IMG/VR virus record: IMGVR_UViG_3300028558_000016
Location: 372,001-436,000 of that record
Strand: one strand, 5' to 3'
DNA length: 64,000 nucleotides
Both the position numbers and the translations under genes were made by a program. The notes below the pieces were generated by a model. It was given only the letters and a program-made list of their open reading frames with translations, was not told the DNA's origin and ran no database searches. Shown one piece after another: positions 27,421-37,412 of the stretch. How positions within the stretch are numbered: position 1 is the first letter of the stretch; every line of letters starts with the position of its first letter.

Positions 27421-27840
27421 ATGAACGAATCAGTATTACAATTAGAATCGGAAATCGCATCATACGTGAATACCGACAATAAGAGCAACTGTACAATCCA
27501 TTTTGAATATGGAACAGAAACAGAGAGCAAAGGAACATTCAACAATCCTGTGCATGTTGCTTCAGCTTTCACAGTGAATCCTGTTTCAAGAGAAACTTTT
27601 CTTTTGAAGCAAGAAGAAGGAAAAACCAAAGAAGCCGCTCTCAAAAAAATTCTTGAATATGTAAAGAATAAGCTTGGACAAAGCTCATTCACTGTACTGT
27701 GGATGAAAAAAGGAGATGCAAAAATGAATACATCTTATTTCTACTGCCACGATGTATTAGATGTTGTGGAAAAATTCTTTCATGGAAAGAATATTCCAGA
27801 TTACACAGTGCATGAAATAAGATTAAATCCAATTGCATAA
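27421..27840 (+). CDS. hypothetical protein
   Basis: ORF track; TATATTTG upstream. Confidence 0.65.
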   Translation: MNESVLQLESEIASYVNTDNKSNCTIHFEYGTETESKGTFNNPVHVASAFTVNPVSRETFLLKQEEGKTKEAALKKILEYVKNKLGQSSFTVLWMKKGDAKMNTSYFYCHDVLDVVEKFFHGKNIPDYTVHEIRLNPIA

Positions 27841-27842
27841 TT

Positions 27843-28124
27843 ATGGAAACAAAATTATGCATACATTGCGGACAGCCAATTCCTGAGGGACGTTTGAAAG
27901 CTCTCAAAGGAAAAACCGACACTTGCACACCGTGTAGCACGGTTGATAAAGTTGCAGGACATCCATTGATTACTGGAAAGACTGAATATTCAGCCATTGA
28001 AATAGTTTCTGCTGAGACTGCAAAAAGATTGGCTAAAGCGCAGGACAGAAAAGGATATGGAGTCGCTGAAGGAGTTAAGTTTGACTCAGATAAAAAAGGA
28101 GAATCTAACGGATACGGATTATAA
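27843..28124 (+). CDS. DksA/TraR C4-type zinc-finger protein
   Basis: CIHCGQPIPEGRLKAL...CTPC. Confidence 0.75.
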   Translation: METKLCIHCGQPIPEGRLKALKGKTDTCTPCSTVDKVAGHPLITGKTEYSAIEIVSAETAKRLAKAQDRKGYGVAEGVKFDSDKKGESNGYGL

Positions 28125-28126
28125 CT

Positions 28127-28285
28127 ATGGAACTAATACAAGCAGTAATAGCATTGATTGGTCTTGGAGCTTATATGGAAGCACACCACCTCAACAAGAA
28201 CAACATTAGGCATGATGAAAGGATTTGGTATTTCATATCTGCTGCATGCTTGGTGGGATTGCTAATAACATTTTTGATAAAGTAA
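28127..28285 (+). CDS. small membrane protein (52 aa)
   Basis: MELIQAVIALIGLG..., read manually. Confidence 0.5.
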   Translation: MELIQAVIALIGLGAYMEAHHLNKNNIRHDERIWYFISAACLVGLLITFLIK

Positions 28286-29028
28286 TGGAACTTAAAACGG
28301 AATATATCAATGAGCTTAAAGCGAAACTCCCGAAGGAAAGCGGAAGCAGATTGAATATTCCCCAAAGAGAAGAACTTTCAAAGGAAAAAATAAGCAACCT
28401 TGTCAAGGCCAAAGGTTATAAATCAATCATAAGCAAAAAGGCTCTTGAATTTTTCATGAACAGGTCTTTCTCTTATGAACTTAAAAATGGAGATCTTTTT
28501 ATAGTGAAGGTGGATGAGGTGAAGAAAACTTCTCGCTCAATAGATGTCATCACATCAAACTGTTTGATTTATTCGTTCAAAACAAAAGGTGGTACGATAT
28601 ATGCAACCAAGAAACAAAGTGGAAATTACTTTTGTTGGACCGCACATTTCTTTGATCGCTACATTGCAAGAACTAAATTGAACATGACGAGAAAGGAAGC
28701 CATCAAGCATTATTTTAAAACATACTTGATGAATGGAAGTATATGCGACATCGATAAGCTTGACAAAGGAGTATTCAGACAAATAAACAAAGAAGGAGTT
28801 GACCTCGCTGAAATACACTCATTCGATGAAACATCCAGCTTAGATATAGTTTTGTTTAAAACGTTCATCGATAATTCAATGCTAAACTCAGAACAATTGA
28901 GAGCATTTAAGAAAAGCATTTTAGATGTAAAACAAAATATTGATCTGCCTGGAATGCAGAATGAGAAGAAGCTATTAAAGAGATTAATGGAAGATGATGA
29001 ATTTCAAGAACTATTGAAAATAAAATGA
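28285..29028 (+). CDS. hypothetical protein
   Basis: HFFDRY motif; TAATG coupling. Confidence 0.65.
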   Translation: MELKTEYINELKAKLPKESGSRLNIPQREELSKEKISNLVKAKGYKSIISKKALEFFMNRSFSYELKNGDLFIVKVDEVKKTSRSIDVITSNCLIYSFKTKGGTIYATKKQSGNYFCWTAHFFDRYIARTKLNMTRKEAIKHYFKTYLMNGSICDIDKLDKGVFRQINKEGVDLAEIHSFDETSSLDIVLFKTFIDNSMLNSEQLRAFKKSILDVKQNIDLPGMQNEKKLLKRLMEDDEFQELLKIK

Positions 29029-29441
29029 AGAACAAGACATTAATAAAATACGCGAGAACCCTTTTGAAAGAATTGCTTGCTAAATGCTCTGAGCCGCAAC
29101 AGTTGTTATTTAAGAGAATGTACAATCATAAGAATTTGGAAGCGCCAATCAATGAAGCAGTTGATCAGATGGAACCCGATAAACTGGATTGGGCTGTGAC
29201 TCAGGTAGAAGAAACGATTAAAAAGAACAATAGATTTTTAACTTGCAAAAAAGATTTGTTTAAATCAACATACCAATCTAATGCTTTCATAGATGGAAAA
29301 ATATATGAAGTTTCCTTTGATAAGAACTACGAGGAAAATGAAAATGAAATTTGGATAAAAGATGAAACAGGCAGACCGTTCACATTCACGAAAGTAAATT
29401 CATTTGGAATGTATAAAGTCGAAGATTATTTTGAATTATGA
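29025..29441 (+). CDS. hypothetical protein
   Basis: ORF track. Confidence 0.6.
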   Translation: MKNKTLIKYARTLLKELLAKCSEPQQLLFKRMYNHKNLEAPINEAVDQMEPDKLDWAVTQVEETIKKNNRFLTCKKDLFKSTYQSNAFIDGKIYEVSFDKNYEENENEIWIKDETGRPFTFTKVNSFGMYKVEDYFEL

Positions 29442-30844
29442 GTTACGATAAATACATATCAACAACACTTCCATACGCGAACTCTGTTCCGCACATGGGT
29501 CATGCTCTTGAACTAATTCAAGGGGATGCGCTCAAGCATTTTTTCGAATCTATAAAGAATGAAAAAGTATTCTTCAATATAGGTGTTGACGAACATGGAT
29601 TAAAGGTCTATACAAAGGCACAAGAACTTGGAATTGACACCAAGCTTTATTTGAATGAACTGACGCATAAATGGCAGGACTTTTGTAAGTTGTTCCAAAT
29701 TGATTATGACAACTTCTATAGAACAACGAGTCTTGTTCACATAGCAAGAACCCAAAGATTTTGGACTAAGTGTCTCGAGAGAGGAGATCTTTACAAGAAG
29801 AAGTATTCTGGAAAATATTGCGCTGGATGTGAATCATTTAAAACTGAAGCAGATCTCGTAGATGGAAAATGCCCAGACCATAATATCGAACCCTCTATAA
29901 TAGAAGAAGAGAATTGGTTCTTTAGAATTTCTAAGCATAAAGGATTATTATATGGATGGTTGAAGAGCAATCCTGATTTTTTATCGCCAAGGTCTAAAAC
30001 TTCCGAACTTGAAAACATAATACTTCAATCTGAAGATATTTCAGTTTCTCGTTTAAAGGTAAATGTTCCATGGGGAGTTGGAGTTCCAAATGATGAAGAT
30101 CAAGTCATTTATGTTTGGTTTGAAGCTCTTCTTAATTATATCTTCGCTGTGGATGATTTTAATGATCAATACTTCATACAAATATGTGGTCCAGACAATT
30201 TAAGATTTCAGGGATCATTATTCCAAAATATTTTGATTTCTGCAAATATTCCAAACACCAAGAAATTATTGGTTCATGGAACTGTTCTCGATGCCGAAGG
30301 TAAAAAGATGTCCAAGTCACTTGGTAACGTGGTTGATCCAATTGATCAATTAAACAAATATGGATTGGATGCTGTAAGATATTACACGCTTGCAGGTTTA
30401 TCCACCTATGGTGATGGAGCGTGGTCTGAAAAGGATTTAATAAAAACCTACAATTCTGAATTGGCAGATACTTATGGAAATTTATTGGCAAGGGTTCTTC
30501 ATTTGATAGACACCAAGAATGTTGATGTAATTCCACCAACAGCAGAACATAAGAGACACGTTGATTCAATAGTGTATTCAGTTCACACCAATTGGGAATT
30601 CTATGAAATCCAAAAAGCAATAAAGGAAACTGGCTGGATAATCAATTTCGGAAATAAGTACATGAATGATGAAAAACCGTGGGAAAAAGATAAAGATTAC
30701 GTGCAAATTCTAAGCAATCTGTACTATTCTTTATGTGAAGCAAATAAGTTATATTTACCTGTTTTATCATCTAAAACGTGGTCACTGATAGAAGAAGCAT
30801 TGAAGATAAAAAAGAAAGTAATAATATTTCAGAAAATAGTATAA
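29438..30844 (+). CDS. metG: methionyl-tRNA synthetase
   Basis: TTLPYANSVPHMGH, GVDEHG, YVWFEALLNY, KMSKSLGN. Confidence 0.95.
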   Translation: MSYDKYISTTLPYANSVPHMGHALELIQGDALKHFFESIKNEKVFFNIGVDEHGLKVYTKAQELGIDTKLYLNELTHKWQDFCKLFQIDYDNFYRTTSLVHIARTQRFWTKCLERGDLYKKKYSGKYCAGCESFKTEADLVDGKCPDHNIEPSIIEEENWFFRISKHKGLLYGWLKSNPDFLSPRSKTSELENIILQSEDISVSRLKVNVPWGVGVPNDEDQVIYVWFEALLNYIFAVDDFNDQYFIQICGPDNLRFQGSLFQNILISANIPNTKKLLVHGTVLDAEGKKMSKSLGNVVDPIDQLNKYGLDAVRYYTLAGLSTYGDGAWSEKDLIKTYNSELADTYGNLLARVLHLIDTKNVDVIPPTAEHKRHVDSIVYSVHTNWEFYEIQKAIKETGWIINFGNKYMNDEKPWEKDKDYVQILSNLYYSLCEANKLYLPVLSSKTWSLIEEALKIKKKVIIFQKIV

Positions 30845-31386
30845 TGGCAAAAAAACAAAACAATATGGCAAACGCAGAAGAAACAGCGATCAAATGGGGA
30901 AAGTATTTAGGAATTCCATTTGTGGTAATTTTATTCCTTGCACTAATGTTCAGATTATTATGTGTAACATTCATCGATAATTATGAATTCGGTTATAAAT
31001 ATGATTATGCTACGGGCGAAATGAAATCGGTAAACAGGCAAGGTTATATTATTGCTGCGCCATGGGTGAGCATTCACACAATTGATCTAAGACCAACACA
31101 AGTTTGCATAAATGCAAATTCAAGAGTTCTCAATTGTAAGCTTGTACAATTCGATACAACTGGATGGAGAACATTTGTCGCATGGCATGGAAGAGACAAC
31201 TACGAAAATTCAACATATCACTCAGAAGGTGGAGGTTCATCTTCTGGATTAAATGGAATTTTGTTAAGCTATGCGTATGATGGTTCCGGAAAAGCTTATC
31301 CTTTTCTGAAGGTCATACGAGAATTAAAACCTGACGATCAACCTAAAGTTACTCAATCAATAACTCCAACAGATACTACTAAATAA
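30844..31386 (+). CDS. membrane protein, SPFH-like, paralog 1
   Basis: N-terminal TM segment; PW...IDLRPTQVCI. Confidence 0.55.
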   Translation: MAKKQNNMANAEETAIKWGKYLGIPFVVILFLALMFRLLCVTFIDNYEFGYKYDYATGEMKSVNRQGYIIAAPWVSIHTIDLRPTQVCINANSRVLNCKLVQFDTTGWRTFVAWHGRDNYENSTYHSEGGGSSSGLNGILLSYAYDGSGKAYPFLKVIRELKPDDQPKVTQSITPTDTTK

Positions 31387-31916
31387 TGCCATTTGCTACT
31401 TGGATAAACGAAAGGACTGTTCCTAAAATAAATGCAGCAATAGATCGATTTAAGACGAAACTGTTGAACATGCCACGCTCCGTAAAAAGAATACTTTACG
31501 GAGCTTTGCTCATTAAGGTATTTTATTTTATGTGTGTTTATCATATAGAACCAAATGAAATGGGAATAGCGTGGAATCCATTTACTGGAAAATTAAGAGG
31601 AGATACCGTGTCTGGATTTTATATTTCTCCACCATGGGATTTTGTTAGCAACATCGATCTAAGACCAAAAAGAGTTTGCATAACATCAACAGCAAATAGT
31701 TACAGTTGTCTGCTTGTCACATTTGATAAAAGATATTGGAAAGAATTTGTGGATGTACAAGGATTTGGATATTATTGGTGGCGCAACAGGTTTTCATTTA
31801 ATTCAGGTTACAAAGAAGAATACAGAGGATTTAAAGATGTTATGCGCGGATATGCATTTGGAAATAAGAAATACAAGTTTATAGTAATAACTGAAGATTT
31901 ATCTACACAATACTAA
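31386..31916 (+). CDS. membrane protein, SPFH-like, paralog 2
   Basis: PW...IDLRPKRVCI; clear paralog of the upstream gene. Confidence 0.55.
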   Translation: MPFATWINERTVPKINAAIDRFKTKLLNMPRSVKRILYGALLIKVFYFMCVYHIEPNEMGIAWNPFTGKLRGDTVSGFYISPPWDFVSNIDLRPKRVCITSTANSYSCLLVTFDKRYWKEFVDVQGFGYYWWRNRFSFNSGYKEEYRGFKDVMRGYAFGNKKYKFIVITEDLSTQY

Positions 31917-32416
31917 TGATCATAAATGGAATAGAAAGAACCTTCATCGTTCATGATGAAAATAACATCAAGGGATTCTTTGGTGATTATCGCTATTTGT
32001 CTAACTTTGAAGTGTGCGATGTTTATTTTGAGGGAGTCAAATATGCTTCCACCGAAGCTGCATATCAAGCTGCAAAGAGTTTGGATCCTGAAGTTAGAGC
32101 ATCTTTCCATGGATTGACGCCTGGGGAAACAAAGAAGCTTGGAAGACAGATCAAGGTAAGAGAAGATTGGAAGGACGTCAAGTATGATGTCATGTCTTCA
32201 ATAGTGTTTGATAAATTCTACAGACACTTGCATTTAAGAAAAGCTTTATTGGACACCGGAGATAAGTACATCGAAGAAACCAATTATTGGAAGGACGTAT
32301 ATTGGGGAGTATGTGATGAAAAAGGAGAAAACAATCTTGGCAAGATATTGATGGCCATTAGAGAATTTTGGAAAGCCAAGGATAAAGGAAAAGATAAAGT
32401 AACACCATTATTTTAA
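31916..32416 (+). CDS. NADAR/YbiA family protein
   Basis: YLSNF, STEAAYQAAK, KKLGR, YWG...GENNLGKILM. Confidence 0.92.
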   Translation: MIINGIERTFIVHDENNIKGFFGDYRYLSNFEVCDVYFEGVKYASTEAAYQAAKSLDPEVRASFHGLTPGETKKLGRQIKVREDWKDVKYDVMSSIVFDKFYRHLHLRKALLDTGDKYIEETNYWKDVYWGVCDEKGENNLGKILMAIREFWKAKDKGKDKVTPLF

Positions 32417-32434
32417 AAACAAAAACAACATAAA

Positions 32435-33106
32435 ATGGAAACAGGCGAATATCAGATCGGAATAAATCCGAAAAAAGAAAGGACTGGCAAAGGAAACGCA
32501 GTCAGAATTATTAAAGTTAAAAGCGTGATCAAGGCTACCGAAGAACACGAAGAGGATCAGGATGTGAATCTCTTTTATGCTTTAGGGAAGAACATGCGAG
32601 TTTACAAGGTTGAAGAAAAAGATTTTCAAAAACCTGGATACAAGGATGAAACAGTTGAAGCTTTCAAAGCCAAGGGAGAAGGAAAAGGAAAGTATCAATC
32701 TTACCTTGGATATGATTTTGGCGAAATCATTCCAACAAATGTTAATGGTTACAAGAACATGGTGGCTGAGATAATCGGAGATAATCCAGAGGACATCAGC
32801 GATGAAACATTAGAAGAAGGACATCTCGTGTTTATGGGAATGGAACCTAACGAAGATGATCCTGATTCCGAAGAATTGGTTCGTATATGCTGGGTCCTTA
32901 AGGAAGAAGATTCAGATGCAAATCCAATGAGTGAAGAAGTTTTCTACAGACAGGATTTCGTGAAATACATGCTTGTTCCAATGGAAGCTCCAAAGAGAAT
33001 GACCATTCACTACATCAACAAAGAAGGTGAAAAAACAGAAATGGCAGTAAACAATGAGAGCGAGATCAAGGACATGGACCGTGAATTATACAGAATGAAT
33101 AACTAA
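32435..33106 (+). CDS. acidic hypothetical protein
   Basis: ORF track. Confidence 0.65.
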   Translation: METGEYQIGINPKKERTGKGNAVRIIKVKSVIKATEEHEEDQDVNLFYALGKNMRVYKVEEKDFQKPGYKDETVEAFKAKGEGKGKYQSYLGYDFGEIIPTNVNGYKNMVAEIIGDNPEDISDETLEEGHLVFMGMEPNEDDPDSEELVRICWVLKEEDSDANPMSEEVFYRQDFVKYMLVPMEAPKRMTIHYINKEGEKTEMAVNNESEIKDMDRELYRMNN

Positions 33107-33591
33107 TGAAAAAGGAATTCAATATAACATCGTATGAAAAATACGATAAGGACATCCTCGTTGAAGGCCCAAATGAACTACGGGTTAAAGTAGATTTTGA
33201 TGATGTGGACAGAACTTCCGTGGAAAAGGATATGAAGAAGATGATCAAAATATTAAATGATCATTGGAACGATCCTAAATATGCGGAGAATGCCCATGAC
33301 TTATTTCTGTTGAGCTTAGAAAAAGCTTTTGTTAAGATCTTCAACAAGGTAATGGAAGATGAAAGTAACGGAGAGAGCATAGATGAGATAGAAGTAAAAA
33401 TGAAAGGAAAAGACATTATCATCGAATATGCTGTCGATGGTGATGATTATGGAATTCATCGTGGAAATACTGTAACAATAAAAGAAAACGGCAAGATAAG
33501 TTATGGGTATACAGAATTCATGGAATCAAGAAGCGGCATTAGTGAATTGGAAGAAAAATTTGCAGAGTGGTTAAAAACAAATAAGAAATAA
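33106..33591 (+). CDS. hypothetical protein
   Basis: ORF track. Confidence 0.6.
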   Translation: MKKEFNITSYEKYDKDILVEGPNELRVKVDFDDVDRTSVEKDMKKMIKILNDHWNDPKYAENAHDLFLLSLEKAFVKIFNKVMEDESNGESIDEIEVKMKGKDIIIEYAVDGDDYGIHRGNTVTIKENGKISYGYTEFMESRSGISELEEKFAEWLKTNKK

Positions 33592-34013
33592 TGGAAAGAA
33601 TAAGCAAGCAGGTGATAGTGATGCGAAAGAAATTTGTCGTGGATGGCAAGGAAGTTTCTATGCGCAAAGGAAAGATGATTGCTCAAGGTTCACATGCTTG
33701 TTTGAAAGCTGTTTTAGATCTTATGGAAACTCAATATGACGATAACAATCAACGTGTGTTGCGTTTACCAAATGGTTCTGCTTTACAGGATTGGATAAAA
33801 GGAAGATTTACGAAGATTTGTGTTTCTGTCGACACAGAGGAAGAATTAATGGCAGTGTATAATAAAGCAAAAGAAAAAGGGCTGATTTGTTCTCTAATTA
33901 CGGATGCAGGCTTGACCGAGTTCAATGGAGTTCCAACAGTGACGTGCTGTGCGATAGGTCCCGCATGGTCGGATGATGTAGATGAAATAACTGGAAAATT
34001 ACAATTATTATGA
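33591..34013 (+). CDS. pth2: peptidyl-tRNA hydrolase 2
   Basis: KQVIVMR, GKMIAQGSHA, DAGLTEF, AIGP, ITGKLQLL. Confidence 0.93.
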   Translation: MERISKQVIVMRKKFVVDGKEVSMRKGKMIAQGSHACLKAVLDLMETQYDDNNQRVLRLPNGSALQDWIKGRFTKICVSVDTEEELMAVYNKAKEKGLICSLITDAGLTEFNGVPTVTCCAIGPAWSDDVDEITGKLQLL

Positions 34014-34663
34014 AAAAAACTGTAGAAAGCAAAAAACCAGCGAAGTCGGAAAGTCACAGTACAATCGCTGAATTGGAAGTACCAAAAAAATTAAATCAGA
34101 ATGCTGCTTCTGTAATTGAATCCTTAAATGAGGCAACAAGAAAGAAGAACAAAGAATTTAAAGAAATGTCTAAAATGGAAAAAAGAGTTTCTATTGCCAA
34201 AGACGTTATTGCATCTTTAAAATCAAAAAAATACATTGCCGAAGCTGGCATATATGTAAATCTTGTTAATGGAAAAAACGAAGATGAAGATATAGCCATC
34301 ACGCTTAGCAACATGATGAAAAAAGATGTGAAATGTGAAGTATGCGCTATAGGAAGTTTATTCTTGTCTAATTTAAAAAAATCAAAAACCAGGATAGGCG
34401 CTGATGATGATGACGACATGTGTGCATCTTTGAGTGATGTGTATACTGAAGAAGAATTGAGAATACTTGAATATTGTTTTGAAGGAGATGACATTTCATC
34501 TTCTTTTAATACTGACTCTTACAGAAACATGAGACGTGATGCCTGTGATTTTTATTCGGAGAATTCGGGATTCGGTTCGGATGATGATGCGAGATTAAAC
34601 GCAATTATGAAAAATATAATTAAACACGAAGGACGTTTTATACACAAAAGCATTAAAGTATAA
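34010..34663 (+). CDS. hypothetical protein
   Basis: ORF track; CEVCAIG. Confidence 0.65.
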   Translation: MKKTVESKKPAKSESHSTIAELEVPKKLNQNAASVIESLNEATRKKNKEFKEMSKMEKRVSIAKDVIASLKSKKYIAEAGIYVNLVNGKNEDEDIAITLSNMMKKDVKCEVCAIGSLFLSNLKKSKTRIGADDDDDMCASLSDVYTEEELRILEYCFEGDDISSSFNTDSYRNMRRDACDFYSENSGFGSDDDARLNAIMKNIIKHEGRFIHKSIKV

Positions 34664-34666
34664 CTT

Positions 34667-34981
34667 ATGAAACAACTTGGAGAAACAACAAAACCAATTA
34701 AGCAAGCTGGATACCTGCTTCCATGGGATAAAGAAAATGAGCAACCGTGCATGATCATGATTGAGAATGTTCGTTTCATTCCTGTATTTTCTGATAAGGA
34801 TAAGCTTGATGCTCATATACAATTCACTAACTATGGATTTAAACCGACAATAAAGGAAATAACAGACACAGATGATTTTCTCGATTCTGTTCAACCTTTT
34901 AGAGTTGCATTGGATCCACGACCTACGGAAAGAAACACAACACGTTTCACCGAATTATTTTTACAAAGCAAAAGGAACTAA
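34667..34981 (+). CDS. hypothetical protein
   Basis: ORF track. Confidence 0.6.
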   Translation: MKQLGETTKPIKQAGYLLPWDKENEQPCMIMIENVRFIPVFSDKDKLDAHIQFTNYGFKPTIKEITDTDDFLDSVQPFRVALDPRPTERNTTRFTELFLQSKRN

Positions 34982-35508
34982 TGAAAGAAAAGGAAGATAA
35001 AGAAGATTTCAGAATTGAACCTATTGATGGAGCTCCAATTTCCTTGAAGAAGGTTTCTGACCATCTATCTAAAGAAAAGAAGAGCTTGATCAATACTTAT
35101 GTTCTCATTGATGGAACAGGATCTGGATTTGTCAATGATCATCCAATGATGGCGAACATAACAATAGAGGAAAGAGAACGTCAAGCTGACTATTTCCTTG
35201 GATTAAATCTTCCAATGCCAGCATATCTTCGTCCATATTTGGAATTGATGTTCCCTGATGAAAACATCGATGGCTTGTATAAGTATGCAAAAACAAATGG
35301 TGAAATGAGACACATCATTGCTCTTGTTCAATTGTTTGGAGGAAGCTTAAATGTTGCTAAGAAGGAAAAGGTGGGAGTTAAGATTTACATAGAAGAACCT
35401 GAAACGAGAATGCACCCTAAGAGAGAAGCAAAAATGATGATGCTGATTGAGAAAATAAAAAAGGATTACGGCTTTAAAGAAGAAGAAAATGGAACAGACG
35501 AAAAATAA
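34981..35508 (+). CDS. ABC-type ATPase C-terminal half
   Basis: IYIEEPETRMHP (Walker B plus D-loop). Confidence 0.6.
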   Translation: MKEKEDKEDFRIEPIDGAPISLKKVSDHLSKEKKSLINTYVLIDGTGSGFVNDHPMMANITIEERERQADYFLGLNLPMPAYLRPYLELMFPDENIDGLYKYAKTNGEMRHIIALVQLFGGSLNVAKKEKVGVKIYIEEPETRMHPKREAKMMMLIEKIKKDYGFKEEENGTDEK

Positions 35509-36208
35509 AGAAGAGCATTTGGGTCAATTAAAAAATTTAAAGTTGAACATAGACAAACCTATGACTTTAAATTTTGACATGGAATACAACAAGCTAACTT
35601 TGCTTACCGGATTAAATGGAAGTGGAAAGTCTTTGATAATGAAACTCAATTGGGCTTTTGAAACCATCATGTCAATACTCATCCACAATCCTCCTTCAGC
35701 AGATGAGACAGTACAATACATCATGGATTCAACATTTGAGCAACAAGATTTCAACGGAGAAATAGAAGCATTCTTTCCAAAGGGATCTTTAAAAGCACAA
35801 TTTGACAATGGAAAAGTAAAACGAGTTGAGTACTTTGTAGATCCTGCTGTAAAAATCATAACTCCTTCTCTTTACATGTCTACCAATACAAGAACATTCA
35901 CGCAGATCAATCAATTCCTAAAGGTTGAAAAACTAATTAAAACAGAAGAAGAGATTCTTAGCATGTACAGATTGTATGATGTCGTCTTCGTTAATGTGCT
36001 AAAACAGAAATTGGGAAATGGATTAAAACCAACAAAAAATTTCAAGGATTCAATGGCAAATGAATTCAGCATGAAATATGATTTCGATACATTTGCCATT
36101 GAAAATGAATCTGTAGTGTTCATTGATAAAGATGGAAAAAGAACTGACCTGTCAACTTTATCGGCAGGAGAACAATCATTAATTAATATGAACTTAGCAG
36201 CGATGTAA
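35489..36208 (+). CDS. ABC-type ATPase N-terminal half
   Basis: GLNGSGKS Walker A; LSAGEQ signature at the C-terminus. Confidence 0.7.
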   Translation: MEQTKNKEEHLGQLKNLKLNIDKPMTLNFDMEYNKLTLLTGLNGSGKSLIMKLNWAFETIMSILIHNPPSADETVQYIMDSTFEQQDFNGEIEAFFPKGSLKAQFDNGKVKRVEYFVDPAVKIITPSLYMSTNTRTFTQINQFLKVEKLIKTEEEILSMYRLYDVVFVNVLKQKLGNGLKPTKNFKDSMANEFSMKYDFDTFAIENESVVFIDKDGKRTDLSTLSAGEQSLINMNLAAM

Positions 36209-36209
36209 T

Positions 36210-37193
36210 ATGATTTTAGAAATTGCAATAGGAGATGCGTACGGACGTCCATTTGAATTCAACACACCAGAATTCATAGCCAAACACAATGATGTTCTTG
36301 GTTATAAGCATCGTATTGGTGAAGAAGAAAATGGAATAGGAATTTATACAGATGACACTCAAATGTCTATTGGCGTTGCAGAACAAATGGGTTCAGACCT
36401 TCCTGGTACTCAAGTAAGATTTGCTGCACACTTTGTCACCTCTTATAAGAGAGACCCAAGAAAAGGATATAGCAAAAGAATAACGAAAGCTCTCGAGGAA
36501 TCAAAACCAAATCTTCCATTTGAATTTATATTGAAAGCTAAACAGGCAGGAATGTCGAGCAACGGAAGCGTAATGCGTTCTGTTCCTCTTGGCATGATGT
36601 CTGATCCAAAGGAAATAATGCACAGGAGCATTGTTCAAACATCAACATCACATGGACACATTGATGCCGTTAATTCTGCGGTTGTTGTTGCATTGACCGC
36701 ACATTTCTTTTATCACTTATATCCTCGATTGGAAGATTACATTCAATCGGATAAATTGATAATGTATAAGGAATGGATGAATGGACAAGTTGGTTCAGCT
36801 GTGTTTAACGATGTATATGACTCTTACATCTTTAAAAGGAAAAACGATAAGTTGCAATGTGATTCAAAAACAACTGCTTCATTGTCTATCAAATTAGCAT
36901 GGGGAGTTAAGATTAGTGGTGGAAATTTAAAGACATCCGCTAAACAAATATTAAAGAGAGCTGTTGATATTGGAGGAGACGTTGATTCGTCAGCATCGAT
37001 TGCAATGGGATTGTACAGCTTAAGGACTGATGCAATAATGGATCTCCCTGATGTGTTATATGAAAATCTCGAGAATGGACCTTTTGGTAGAGACTTCTTG
37101 GTTGACATGGATGTTCAAATGCAAAAGAAATTTCCAAGAAATGTAAGGGAAGAGAAAGCTGAGTCTGAAAAATTAACCGACATAATAATATAA
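36210..37193 (+). CDS. ADP-ribosylglycohydrolase (DraG/ARH family)
   Basis: AIGDAYG, YTDDTQM, NGSVMR, GGDVDS. Confidence 0.9.
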   Translation: MILEIAIGDAYGRPFEFNTPEFIAKHNDVLGYKHRIGEEENGIGIYTDDTQMSIGVAEQMGSDLPGTQVRFAAHFVTSYKRDPRKGYSKRITKALEESKPNLPFEFILKAKQAGMSSNGSVMRSVPLGMMSDPKEIMHRSIVQTSTSHGHIDAVNSAVVVALTAHFFYHLYPRLEDYIQSDKLIMYKEWMNGQVGSAVFNDVYDSYIFKRKNDKLQCDSKTTASLSIKLAWGVKISGGNLKTSAKQILKRAVDIGGDVDSSASIAMGLYSLRTDAIMDLPDVLYENLENGPFGRDFLVDMDVQMQKKFPRNVREEKAESEKLTDIII

Positions 37194-37196
37194 CAC

Positions 37197-37412
37197 ATGG
37201 GAAAAGAAAAAATAATATACGTTGGTCAATTAAAAAAGAAAGACGTATCAGTAGAAGATGGAGGTCAGGCAATGGTATCAGATCCTTTCAGCACTAACGG
37301 CGATAATGGAATGTTTGTGAGAATCCAATCTTGGGACGAAAATAAAAAGCATGAGGATTTTAAAAAATTCCAAGGAAGAAAAATAAAAGTTACTATTGAA
37401 ACTGTGGACTAA
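37197..37412 (+). CDS. hypothetical protein
   Basis: ORF track. Confidence 0.55.
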   Translation: MGKEKIIYVGQLKKKDVSVEDGGQAMVSDPFSTNGDNGMFVRIQSWDENKKHEDFKKFQGRKIKVTIETVD

